Of a DNA stretch of 64,000 nt, positions 29,137 through 37,703 are shown piece by piece. How positions within the stretch are numbered: the first letter of the stretch is position 1; each line of letters begins with the position of its first letter. The stretch lies in contig CAZZMS010000090.1 of the NCBI GenBank assembly GCA_964655485.1, positions 3,053 through 67,052 of the forward strand, in the 5' to 3' direction. Made by a program: the position numbers and the translations under genes. Under the pieces are notes generated by a model. That model searched no databases. It was not told the DNA's origin and saw nothing but the letters and a program-made list of their open reading frames with translations. The stretch is from an uncultured Pseudobdellovibrionaceae bacterium (GTDB lineage: Bacteria > Bdellovibrionota > Bdellovibrionia > Bdellovibrionales > Bdellovibrionaceae).

Positions 29137-29385
29137 CTAGTCCAAAGAGAATGGCTTCGGGCTTATGGGCTCTACACGATAAAAATCGTCATAAGCTTGG
29201 ATACCTTGAGGTAACAAGGCCAAGTTTCGTGCTCGTTTTACAGCTTCGTTCAGACGCTTTTGAGCGGCTAAGTTAAATTTAGAGATACGCGCGGGGATGA
29301 TTTTCGCACCATCGGTAATGTAGCGAGCTAATTGCACAGGATCTTTATACTCGAAATGAATTTGGTGCCCTTTTGTTTTTCTCAT
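29137..29385 (-). CDS. rpsR: 30S ribosomal protein S18
   Basis: KIIPARISKFNLAAQKRLNEAVKRARNLALLP matches the S18 core. ATG at 29385 is preceded by GGAGAA; the longer ORF to 29451 is probably upstream read-in. Confidence 0.8.
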   Translation of the reverse strand: MRKTKGHQIHFEYKDPVQLARYITDGAKIIPARISKFNLAAQKRLNEAVKRARNLALLPQGIQAYDDFYRVEPISPKPFSLD

Positions 29386-29423
29386 GACACTATTCTCCTT
29401 CTGTTCATCGATGCGGTTGTTCG

Positions 29424-29472
29424 GGTATAGCAAAAAAAAACATTTTGACAAGGGTTTTTCGTTTGTTATACC
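29424..29472. promoter_or_regulatory. mirror-symmetric divergent sigma70-like promoters for rpsR and rpmB
   Basis: Plus strand: TTGACA (29445-29450), 16 nt, TATACC (29467-29472). Minus strand: TTGTCA (29451-29446), 16 nt, TATACC (29429-29424). The -35 hexamers overlap by 5 bp. Sequence match only. Confidence 0.35.
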
Positions 29473-29551
29473 AAAGAGTCTTGTTTGTCGTGTCTAACCG
29501 CGAGTCATCAGAAGAAGAGTGTCGGGGTTAGCGCCTAGAAAAGGGGGCCTC

Positions 29552-29836
29552 ATGGCTGTGTGTGAACTCACGGGAAAAAAACCAGTCGTAAAAAATCTAG
29601 TCAGTCACTCGAACATCAAAACTAAGCGTAAAATCCAGCCCAATGTGCAGCAAAGACGACTGTATAGTGATCTTCTGAAGGGTTTTGTATCTTTGAAGGT
29701 GGCGACAAGCACTCTTCGCTCAATCGAGCACCGAGGCGGATTCGATCATTTCATTTTGCAGCAAGATCCGGAAAAATTATCGCCAAGGGCTTTGAAAGTG
29801 TTGAAACGCATTCAAGCTAAATTGCGCAAGGCATAA
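29552..29836 (+). CDS. rpmB: 50S ribosomal protein L28
   Basis: MAVCELTGKKPVVKNLVSHSNIKTKRKIQPNVQ matches the L28 N-terminal signature. AAGGGGG SD before ATG 29552. Confidence 0.85.
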   Translation: MAVCELTGKKPVVKNLVSHSNIKTKRKIQPNVQQRRLYSDLLKGFVSLKVATSTLRSIEHRGGFDHFILQQDPEKLSPRALKVLKRIQAKLRKA

Positions 29837-29862
29837 CAATTAGGCTCTTGAAGAGGTGACCC

Positions 29863-30075
29863 ATGGCTTTAAAGTTGAAGATCAAAAAAGGTGATAAGGT
29901 AAAAGTGATTACTGGCTCCGATAAAGGCAAAACGGGTATCGTCTTAGAAGTTAATCCTTCTAAGATGATGGTGAAAGTTGAAGGGGTTCGTTTGATGACC
30001 CACTATGATCGCCAAAACGGTCTGGTTAAAAAAGAAGGTTACATCCACTATTCCAACGTTCAAAAAGCTAATTAA
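29863..30075 (+). CDS. short L24-like KOW-domain protein (70 aa)
   Basis: IKKGDKVKVITGSDKGKTGIVLEV...VKVEGVRLMTHY...GLVKKEGYIHYSNV aligns by eye with ribosomal protein L24 (KOW motif and IHxSNV). It lacks the usual C-terminal roughly 30 aa and is not in an spc-operon context. Confidence 0.7.
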   Translation: MALKLKIKKGDKVKVITGSDKGKTGIVLEVNPSKMMVKVEGVRLMTHYDRQNGLVKKEGYIHYSNVQKAN

Positions 30076-30114
30076 TTTTGCTTGATGAATAGGTTGACTC
30101 TCTAAAACGACCCT

Positions 30115-32082
30115 TTAATTTTCTGGTTCACCCCATGAGGTGGGCAGGAAAAATCTTAAAGGTTGTTTTTTCATGGTTTCTTTCAATGCGTGTAGTATGG
30201 GCTTTACCCATAAGCTTCTCAGGTTCTGTGCAAATGCAGCCAAAGACATAGCGCACAAAAAGCTTAGCCAGAAGTTGAAAAAACCGATCACGACAATCCC
30301 AAAGGCTGACTGAAGAATAAGAGAGCTAGATGACATGGGGCTTCCCCACAGGCTGGTCCAGCCCAAAGCCCAAAAACCGGCAGAAAGAGTGACGTGGCGG
30401 ACATCCAGGGGAAGTCCTAAAAATTGTCCCCACATACTTGTAAAAGCCAAGCCAAATCCCAAGATCCCATTGAGTAACAATGCGGACATGTGTTTTTCGA
30501 TAAAATATAAAGCTTTTTTTAACCACACAGACTGAATGGTAGTTTGCCAATCCTTTAGTTGCTTGGGTATATGAAAACGGTTCAGCATATTTTCCAGGTA
30601 ACCGGCCAAGATGGCTGAAAGAAACAGAACGAGTCCTGTCTCCATGGCGTAAAAAAAAGTGAAACTGCCGATAGGATCGAGAGAATGTAGGAGGGATAAG
30701 CCTTTTTCTTGAGGTAAAAGCGGCTCTTTTACTAAAGCCATCCATGCGATAGAGAAGCTTAAGCTTAAAGGGATAATTCCTGAAAGATTACCCAACACAG
30801 CCATGAATTGTGCACGTGAGAAAGCAGCGACTTCTTCGATCAGCTCGCCGAGCTTCTCTCTTTTTTTGATGTGAGAAATGCGATGGGCAAGTGCGGGAGC
30901 GGTATTGGCAGGCATTTTTGTGGCGAGAATGCCCCCTACCAAATAGATGGCTGTGAAACTGAGAAAGTAATTAAGTCCGATGAGAAAAGCTTCGATAAAA
31001 AGAGGCAGTCCCCATGAGGATATTTTAATTTTTAAATAGACGGTAACAAAAGTAATAAGGCCGCCTTTCCACGCTTTTTTAAAAATCGAAAAAAGTTGTC
31101 GGTAACTTTTTGCAAAGTAATGTTCACCTTTTTCAGCCAGTCTTGATGTAAGAGTTTTTGCTACCAGATGCAGATTGGTCTGTAAAAATGAGGATAGTTT
31201 GCGATCTTCCTGTTGATGAACAATCCATTTTGCAAAATAATTTTTCCACACGGGAAAAAGCGATTGGTCCTCGAGGTGCGAGTGTAACATGGAAATGATA
31301 TTCCGAAGAGGCTCTAAAAGGCTCTCTATCTTCTCGAGATGATAGACCTCTGAGATTAAGATTCCTTCGGACTCCAAGTTTAAAGCATGAAGAGCAAGTT
31401 GTTGTTGGAGGCTTTCGAGAGTTTTTTGTCCGGATTCCAAAATGGATCGATCATGTTCAGGAGTCGAGCTTTGATCAAATAAATCGCGCTCCAAGGCCGT
31501 CGCAAATCGAGATAGGTCAACTAAGGTATCTGGGTACAGGGTGTGCAAACCGACTCGTTCAGCGTGGTACAGGATCTGAGTATGGAGCCAAAATCCATCG
31601 CGTCGGATCTGTTTTAGCCAATTTAGTTTAAAGTCGCGTTGATTTTCATGGGAGTCTGAAACCAATTTAACTAAGGGGATGAGAATGATCTCATCACTTC
31701 GCATAAAAAACTCCATGTCTGCGGGAGTCTTGACGAGCTGACACAAAAACTCCGTGAGAAAAGGAGGTTTAAGTTTTTCTCGACGACCAAGGCTAGTTAG
31801 GAAGCGTTTGGCAAGCTCGCTGAAAAAGCCTCTTTCGAAGCTAGTTGAGTCTAACAGGCCGAGGTGCCGTGCACACCAAGAGGGAGGAAAAGCTTTTTTC
31901 CAAAAGTCATAGTATTGAGGATTTTTCTCCAGCACATTGAGAAAATAGCGGAAGCGCGTTTCTAAAGCGTGAGATTTTTCAAACCAGAGCAACCATTGGG
32001 TCAACCAAGCCACTCGCTCGGAGTCATTATTGACATGAGGAAGTTGTTCGAAAAGCTCAGGTAATAAAGAGACTGAGGTCAT
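30115..32082 (-). CDS. large polytopic inner-membrane protein of unknown function
   Basis: 655 aa: a soluble helical N-terminal half of about 330 aa, then at least 6 hydrophobic segments. The start overlaps the aspartate kinase stop (ATGA). Confidence 0.6.
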   Translation of the reverse strand: MTSVSLLPELFEQLPHVNNDSERVAWLTQWLLWFEKSHALETRFRYFLNVLEKNPQYYDFWKKAFPPSWCARHLGLLDSTSFERGFFSELAKRFLTSLGRREKLKPPFLTEFLCQLVKTPADMEFFMRSDEIILIPLVKLVSDSHENQRDFKLNWLKQIRRDGFWLHTQILYHAERVGLHTLYPDTLVDLSRFATALERDLFDQSSTPEHDRSILESGQKTLESLQQQLALHALNLESEGILISEVYHLEKIESLLEPLRNIISMLHSHLEDQSLFPVWKNYFAKWIVHQQEDRKLSSFLQTNLHLVAKTLTSRLAEKGEHYFAKSYRQLFSIFKKAWKGGLITFVTVYLKIKISSWGLPLFIEAFLIGLNYFLSFTAIYLVGGILATKMPANTAPALAHRISHIKKREKLGELIEEVAAFSRAQFMAVLGNLSGIIPLSLSFSIAWMALVKEPLLPQEKGLSLLHSLDPIGSFTFFYAMETGLVLFLSAILAGYLENMLNRFHIPKQLKDWQTTIQSVWLKKALYFIEKHMSALLLNGILGFGLAFTSMWGQFLGLPLDVRHVTLSAGFWALGWTSLWGSPMSSSSLILQSAFGIVVIGFFNFWLSFLCAMSLAAFAQNLRSLWVKPILHALKETMKKQPLRFFLPTSWGEPEN

Positions 32083-33323
32083 CTCGGTTCTTTGTGAATG
32101 GGTTTATCGATCAATTTTTGATGGAAGTCATTGAGAGCGGTATCATGATGTTGCGGGGAGAGCCATATATGAAAGGCCTCATCGGAGAAGGTTACTTTGT
32201 GAAAGGGCCACGGCATCTCACTTAGCGCAGAAAAGAAACGATGGCGGAGCTCGGATGAGCTCATAGGATAAGCGTGTACACTCACCACAGAAAGAATGAG
32301 TGAGTTCCCTTTTTGAGACTGAATTCCTTGGGTAAGATCGTCCCAGGTTTCTTTTGGGCCGGTAACATATAGGGTGATATGCTGTGGATCCTCCTGTTCT
32401 AACTCTAGGATCAGAACCTCTGGAACTTGTTCTTGCTTTGCCCACTCCAGAAATGTGGCCGGGCTATCCCCGAATACAGGCGAAGGGAGCTTGATGGCGA
32501 GTACTTTTTCAAATGATGTTACCGCGATAAACCGAGCTTGTTCGTAGTTCATTCGAGCCTCGCTTTTGGAATATTGAGAATGAGTAGAGTCTCCTACAGA
32601 GCGGATCCACGTCCCTCGGTGAGATTCGGCATGCGCCGGGCCTACGTATAAGGGTAAGCCACAGTGTTCAGCCAGTTTAGCCGCACGCCAATGGATCACC
32701 TTAGCCCCCCAAAAACTCATACGACTCATAGTGGAGGCTGATAGCTCAGAAACTTTGTGGGCGTTAGGAACCTTGCGTGGATCTGCTGTGTAAACACTGT
32801 CGACGTCTTTTAAAATATAACAGGCCTTTGCATTTAATGAATGGGCTAAGGCCACGGCACTGAGATCTGATCCTCCACGCCCCAAGGTAGTTACATTTTT
32901 CCCTTGGCTTGAAACCCCCTGAAATCCAGCGATAACTACAACCGGGAAATGGGACAAGTGTTTCTCGATGCGCTCGGGGCGTATGTTCAAAATGTGAGCT
33001 TGGCTATGGTGCTCGTCCGTGATGATTCCAGCCTGACTTCCCGTAAGACTGATAGCGGGAATTCCAAGATCTATAAGCGCCATGGTTAGAAGGGAGGCCG
33101 AGACTCTTTCCCCAGTGGTCAGTAACATATCAAGTTCGCGCAGGTGGGGCTTGGTTGCTACCTGATGGGCCAACTGTATGAGTTCGTTAGTGGTGGCCCC
33201 CATGGCACTGACCACGATGAGAATGTGTTGATGTTCTAGGAGGTCTCGCTTGATCCGTGTAGCTGTTTGACGAATTTTTTGAGGATCAGCAAGGGTGGCT
33301 CCACCGTATTTTTGCACAATCAC
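32079..33323 (-). CDS. lysC: aspartate kinase
   Basis: IVQKYGGATL N-terminal motif, VVSAMGATTNELI, TTLGRGGSDLSAVALA, and a C-terminal ACT-like region. GTG start. Confidence 0.85.
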   Translation of the reverse strand: MIVQKYGGATLADPQKIRQTATRIKRDLLEHQHILIVVSAMGATTNELIQLAHQVATKPHLRELDMLLTTGERVSASLLTMALIDLGIPAISLTGSQAGIITDEHHSQAHILNIRPERIEKHLSHFPVVVIAGFQGVSSQGKNVTTLGRGGSDLSAVALAHSLNAKACYILKDVDSVYTADPRKVPNAHKVSELSASTMSRMSFWGAKVIHWRAAKLAEHCGLPLYVGPAHAESHRGTWIRSVGDSTHSQYSKSEARMNYEQARFIAVTSFEKVLAIKLPSPVFGDSPATFLEWAKQEQVPEVLILELEQEDPQHITLYVTGPKETWDDLTQGIQSQKGNSLILSVVSVHAYPMSSSELRHRFFSALSEMPWPFHKVTFSDEAFHIWLSPQHHDTALNDFHQKLIDKPIHKEPR

Positions 33324-33385
33324 TGGAATATTATCCGCGATTGCTCACTAAAATTCAGCGCATGGAGCGTCGAAAAAGTAACAGT

Positions 33386-34531
33386 CTAATCAAAGGCTAC
33401 CACATTCTCCGGTGAGCGTAAGGAATAGCGGGCCGATAAGAACTGTTTTGCCCCGGGGGGAACTTTCACAAAATAATGACTCAAATGGGCTGGCACATGA
33501 GCCTGCAACAGATGAGGATTAAGTTCTTTTAATGCGGCCTCGGTGATCATAAGCAAGCGCGCTAGCTCCGATAAGCTTTTACCACCTTTAACGGGAAGTT
33601 TTTCAAATTGGAGAGGTGGACGGGGTTGATAGTTGGTAAATCCGTACAAACTGGGGGCTTTGCTGATGAGCATAGCAGCGATGATTTTGGGCACGTAATG
33701 CTTGGTTTCCTCCGGCAGAGCTCCTATTTTTGCCAGTGTCCAAAAATTTTTCGTGTGATATTTGTGAATAAGTCGTCTCAAGCCATTTTCTCCCATATTG
33801 TAACTGGCAGCAACCAAGTGCCAATCTTGAAACTCTCGATATAAGTCTTTGAGGTAACGGATAGCTGCCCCAGTAGATTTCTCGATATCCATTCTTTCAT
33901 CGATCTGGGGGGTAATCAGTAATCCATAGTTTTTTCCGGTGGAGGCAATGAATTGCCAGGGGCCTACGGCTCCTGATTTGGAACGGGCCGTGGCACTAAA
34001 GCCACTTTCAATCATGACCATATAAGCCAAATCTAACGGTAACCCTGAAGCCTCTAGTTGCCTCTGTAAAAAGGGCATATACATGGATGATCGTTCCAGC
34101 CACACCTCAAACCACTTGCGCCCGGTGCTTTGAAAATGTGCAATCCAGTAGCTGACTTGGGGATTATAAGTGACTGGCAGGTCAAAAATCATGGGAGCCC
34201 TATGCGCAGCAAGAGAGTCCCTGTTGGGGGTACGCAGGTTCGATTTGTTATTGATAGCCGCCAGACAGTCAGGGTTCGGACTGAGGATTAAAATTGCAAA
34301 AATCCATACTAGGAGGCGAGAAAGCTCGCGGGCGATATAGTAGAGACAAGCGTGAATCGTGTCCTGCTCTATTTCGTGATCTTTTTCTTTTTTTTTCCAA
34401 CCCAAGAAAGCTCGAATGTTGCGCCAGCTTACGCTATATACCACGTTACCTTCGGGATTGTTACCATGAGGAATAATGTAGGTATGAAGTTTTCCATGAT
34501 TAAAAGAAATTCCAAAAACCGATGTACGCAA
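33386..34531 (-). CDS. membrane-bound lytic transglycosylase (SLT domain, LysM-like C-terminus)
   Basis: MVMIESGFSATARSKSGAVGPWQF (catalytic ES...GxWQF), AASYNMGENG, and a TM segment LLVWIFAILILS. The annotated TTG start is doubtful; the reading frame stays open upstream to 34744 (see findings). Confidence 0.75.
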   Translation of the reverse strand: MRTSVFGISFNHGKLHTYIIPHGNNPEGNVVYSVSWRNIRAFLGWKKKEKDHEIEQDTIHACLYYIARELSRLLVWIFAILILSPNPDCLAAINNKSNLRTPNRDSLAAHRAPMIFDLPVTYNPQVSYWIAHFQSTGRKWFEVWLERSSMYMPFLQRQLEASGLPLDLAYMVMIESGFSATARSKSGAVGPWQFIASTGKNYGLLITPQIDERMDIEKSTGAAIRYLKDLYREFQDWHLVAASYNMGENGLRRLIHKYHTKNFWTLAKIGALPEETKHYVPKIIAAMLISKAPSLYGFTNYQPRPPLQFEKLPVKGGKSLSELARLLMITEAALKELNPHLLQAHVPAHLSHYFVKVPPGAKQFLSARYSLRSPENVVAFD

Positions 34532-34886
34532 AAATACGATGCCGCGAGCTAAATCTTCGGCGACTAATAGGAGAATTTCTTTTTTTAGATCTTTAAGGTT
34601 TTGAAATTGATCAGAAAAGTTAGGGTCTTGGAAAATGCCAAGTTGTACTTCGCCTTTTTTGGCTAGACTGCGATCCCAGTCGTGGGAATTCTCGCGAATA
34701 ATTTGAGCGAGCTCAAGTACAGACTCGTTAATATCAACAACTTGTTACTTCGGTTGTTCCGACATAGTTCCATTATTATCCTTGGAGGGAATGATTAACT
34801 ACTCGTAGGTGACACTTCTCACCTTTGGGCTAGTTTTTGGGCCCTTATGCGATGATTTTCCATGCAATCGCGCTTATCCTATCAGC

Positions 34887-35564
34887 ATGAGAAATTTTAT
34901 GCTCAGTCATTTTATGTGGGGAATGGTCATTTGGCTTTTTGTTACTCAGGGATTAGCCTCTGGGGTGAAATTTAGTATCTTCGTTTATCATCGCTTAGCT
35001 ACAAAAAATTTAGAAGATATGGATCGATTGCTGCGCGCCAAAATTCACGCCAGTCAAAAATCTGCGACTCCGGAAGAGCAGGTGGCCCATTTAGTGGAGG
35101 CGACTCAAGCTTTATTCTCTCGTCCGAATTACGATAATTTGATTGAAAAGCTGTTACCTCAGCTTCTTTTTGAGCTCAAGGACAAAGGGCTCACTGAGAA
35201 GGTTTTTTCAGAGTTTATTGGTGAGGCTACGGCGGGAATTCAAGACGAGGCCAAGACGGTCTCGGGAGAAGCACAGGTCACTTATCTTATCGCGCTTGAG
35301 AATTGGCTTTCTGAAATGCAAATCTATTTGGACCAAGAGTCCATCCGCAAGTTGGTTGAGCGCATCGCTGATACCCAGTTTAAAATCTCTGATTTGGCTA
35401 AAAAGACGGCAGGCTTGCACCTCCCTTATACCTTAAAAGATCCACAAAAATTAGCTAGGCATATTCTAAAAAAACCGCAAAAGCAGACGGCTAAAAAAGC
35501 TAACGTAAATAAGTTCACCTCCGGTGAAGAGAGCTCTGGTGGTAGCGAAGACCCTTCTCTGTGA
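34887..35564 (+). CDS. secreted helical hypothetical protein
   Basis: ATG at 34887 gives the signal peptide MRNFMLSHFMWGMVIWLFVTQGLASG. First gene of a same-strand four-gene envelope cluster. Confidence 0.5.
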   Translation: MRNFMLSHFMWGMVIWLFVTQGLASGVKFSIFVYHRLATKNLEDMDRLLRAKIHASQKSATPEEQVAHLVEATQALFSRPNYDNLIEKLLPQLLFELKDKGLTEKVFSEFIGEATAGIQDEAKTVSGEAQVTYLIALENWLSEMQIYLDQESIRKLVERIADTQFKISDLAKKTAGLHLPYTLKDPQKLARHILKKPQKQTAKKANVNKFTSGEESSGGSEDPSL

Positions 35565-35579
35565 TACTGGGCCCATTTC

Positions 35580-36701
35580 ATGACAAATTTTTTGTTGAGT
35601 TATAGCTACTTTGCAAAGGCCGCATTGTTTGTTTTTGTTGTAGTTTTGGCATCGAAGCTTAACGCACAAATTCCCTCAGCTAGTGTGGGTGAGCGCTACT
35701 TTTATCGAGGAGCTCGGGCTTTGGGTATGGGTGGGGTGCAAGTAGTAACCGTAAACGACGAAACAGCGGTACTCATCAACCCCGCCAATCAGCTGCGGCT
35801 CAGGGGGGCGCGTTTGACTTCATTAGATGTGGAGCTTGAGGCCTCTGATACGTTCTACTACCCCTTTTACCAAACTCAGCCTATTGGTAACCCGCTCAAT
35901 TTGGATTCGGTTTTCTCTAGTATTAGTCAAAATCCTGATAAAAATTATTATTTTCGCGCGAGTTCAGCGCCGGTATTTGCTAGTGAGTTTTTTAGTTTAG
36001 GAGCTTTGATTCAGCAAAGTTTGATGGGGCGGCTCAACTCGAGTTCAGCCACGGCCGACGCATTTTATCGAGACGATCAAGTGCTATTTGCGGGAATCGC
36101 CGCCAGGATGCTGGATGGACATCTGAAGTTGGGTGTTACTGGGCGAGCCGTGTCGCGTCTCGAGCTGGATGCGCAACTCCCGTGGCCTAGCGTGTTCAGC
36201 ATGGTTCATCAGGGTCGGGGGGGGACAGCTTTAGCTTATGATCTAGGCTTGACTTTGGTAGCACCTGTGGCTTGGCACCCCACCTTGAGTATCGTGGCCC
36301 GAGATTTTGGTGGTACACGGTTTGATCAAAGCTTCTATCAAAGAGGCAGCTATTTCACGACCTTGCCCGAGCAGAAGCAGTCTATAGATGTTGGTTTAGG
36401 GGTGTTCCCTATTCATCGCAGTCAAAACCGCTCCGTATTTGCGATCGAAGCTCATGACGTCGAGAATATGTCCAAACGTTCAAAGCCAATAAAAAATCTC
36501 CATCTTGGCTACGAGTTTAATTATCGCGATATTTTATTTTTTCGCTTCGGAGCTAACCAGGGCCATTGGACCACAGGGATTGAAATCGCAAGCGAGTTCA
36601 CGCAGTTGCAATTAGCTTGGTATGCCGAGGAGATGACCGATGATGATAGCATTTCTTTTCCTTCGAGGCGGCTTGTTTTGAAATGGTCGTTTCGATTTTA
36701 G
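35580..36701 (+). CDS. outer-membrane beta-barrel protein (RALGMGG motif family)
   Basis: Signal peptide, GARALGMGGVQVVTVNDETAVLINPAN near the mature N-terminus, alternating beta pattern, and C-terminal ...LKWSFRF aromatic terminus. Confidence 0.55.
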   Translation: MTNFLLSYSYFAKAALFVFVVVLASKLNAQIPSASVGERYFYRGARALGMGGVQVVTVNDETAVLINPANQLRLRGARLTSLDVELEASDTFYYPFYQTQPIGNPLNLDSVFSSISQNPDKNYYFRASSAPVFASEFFSLGALIQQSLMGRLNSSSATADAFYRDDQVLFAGIAARMLDGHLKLGVTGRAVSRLELDAQLPWPSVFSMVHQGRGGTALAYDLGLTLVAPVAWHPTLSIVARDFGGTRFDQSFYQRGSYFTTLPEQKQSIDVGLGVFPIHRSQNRSVFAIEAHDVENMSKRSKPIKNLHLGYEFNYRDILFFRFGANQGHWTTGIEIASEFTQLQLAWYAEEMTDDDSISFPSRRLVLKWSFRF

Positions 36702-36801
36702 GAGAAAAAAGATGGGTGCTTCAGGAATAGTGGTGGCCCCAAAACTTTTTTGATAAACTTGATTTCGAGGGCAGATAGTGTTTGCTAGAGGTCATTGAAC
36801 G

Positions 36802-37677
36802 ATGCGTACGTTGAGTCGACAAATTTTAGCTCGAGTCACCTGGATTGCCATGGTCAGCTTATGCGTGGTGAACTGCAAGAATCCTTATGGGAAGTTTTCT
36901 TCACAAAGCTCGGATGAGGCCTTGTACCAGTCGGCTATGCAGGCCTACAATAATAATCAATTCGTTCTGTCTACGACTTATTTCCAACAGCTTTCACCGG
37001 GTTTTTTAGCGCAACGAGAGGTGCGTTTTAATTACGCCAAGGCCTTAGCTGGCAGGTGTGGATACACGTTTTTTGATTTTGTAGAGGCTTTACAAAATGC
37101 CAACTTCAGCAATCCCCTGTTTAAGGCCCTTCTTTCCATGTGGGGGAATAAGCCCGTGTTACCGCAGTATTGTACTCAAGCCGAATTGCAACTCAAACAG
37201 GTGTGGGCGCAGTATGGGACTCCGACTAATGAAGAGAAGTTGTTTATGGTTCTTCTGTCCTTGTCTAAGATGGGGATGTACTTGCGAGCGAGCCATGATA
37301 TTGATGAAAATGGGGGCTTGGGTAATGGGGTCGTCGATACCGGCGTAGATAGTTGTACCGTCGACACCTCGGGAACAGTCCCTAAGCAGTTCACTGACGC
37401 GGAAATTAAGGAGGTTATCACAGGATTGGCTCTAACCAATTTGTATGTGGCAGCTTTGGCTGGTGTCGTGACCAATGCCTCCACTATTAGCACAGTTCTA
37501 AATACTTTTTGCACGACGCCTGGGGTGGCTTTTTGTTCTTTAACCGACGCAGCCAGTGTGACTCCCGCTGATGTGAAAACGATGCGAGGATTTCTGGTGT
37601 GGGATGCTACGGGTTTGGATGGTAACTCCAGTTGTGTTCCCGTTAATCCCCCACCGGGTACCTTATGTTGTCCTTAA
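36802..37677 (+). CDS. lipoprotein with TPR-like N-terminal helices
   Basis: Lipobox SLCVVNCKN; ALYQSAMQAYNNNQFVLSTTYFQQL resembles a TPR helix pair. The C-terminus is Cys-rich (…GTLCCP). Confidence 0.55.
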   Translation: MRTLSRQILARVTWIAMVSLCVVNCKNPYGKFSSQSSDEALYQSAMQAYNNNQFVLSTTYFQQLSPGFLAQREVRFNYAKALAGRCGYTFFDFVEALQNANFSNPLFKALLSMWGNKPVLPQYCTQAELQLKQVWAQYGTPTNEEKLFMVLLSLSKMGMYLRASHDIDENGGLGNGVVDTGVDSCTVDTSGTVPKQFTDAEIKEVITGLALTNLYVAALAGVVTNASTISTVLNTFCTTPGVAFCSLTDAASVTPADVKTMRGFLVWDATGLDGNSSCVPVNPPPGTLCCP

Positions 37678-37703
37678 TGCCTGAGGCTAGCTAGAGCCAG
37701 CAC

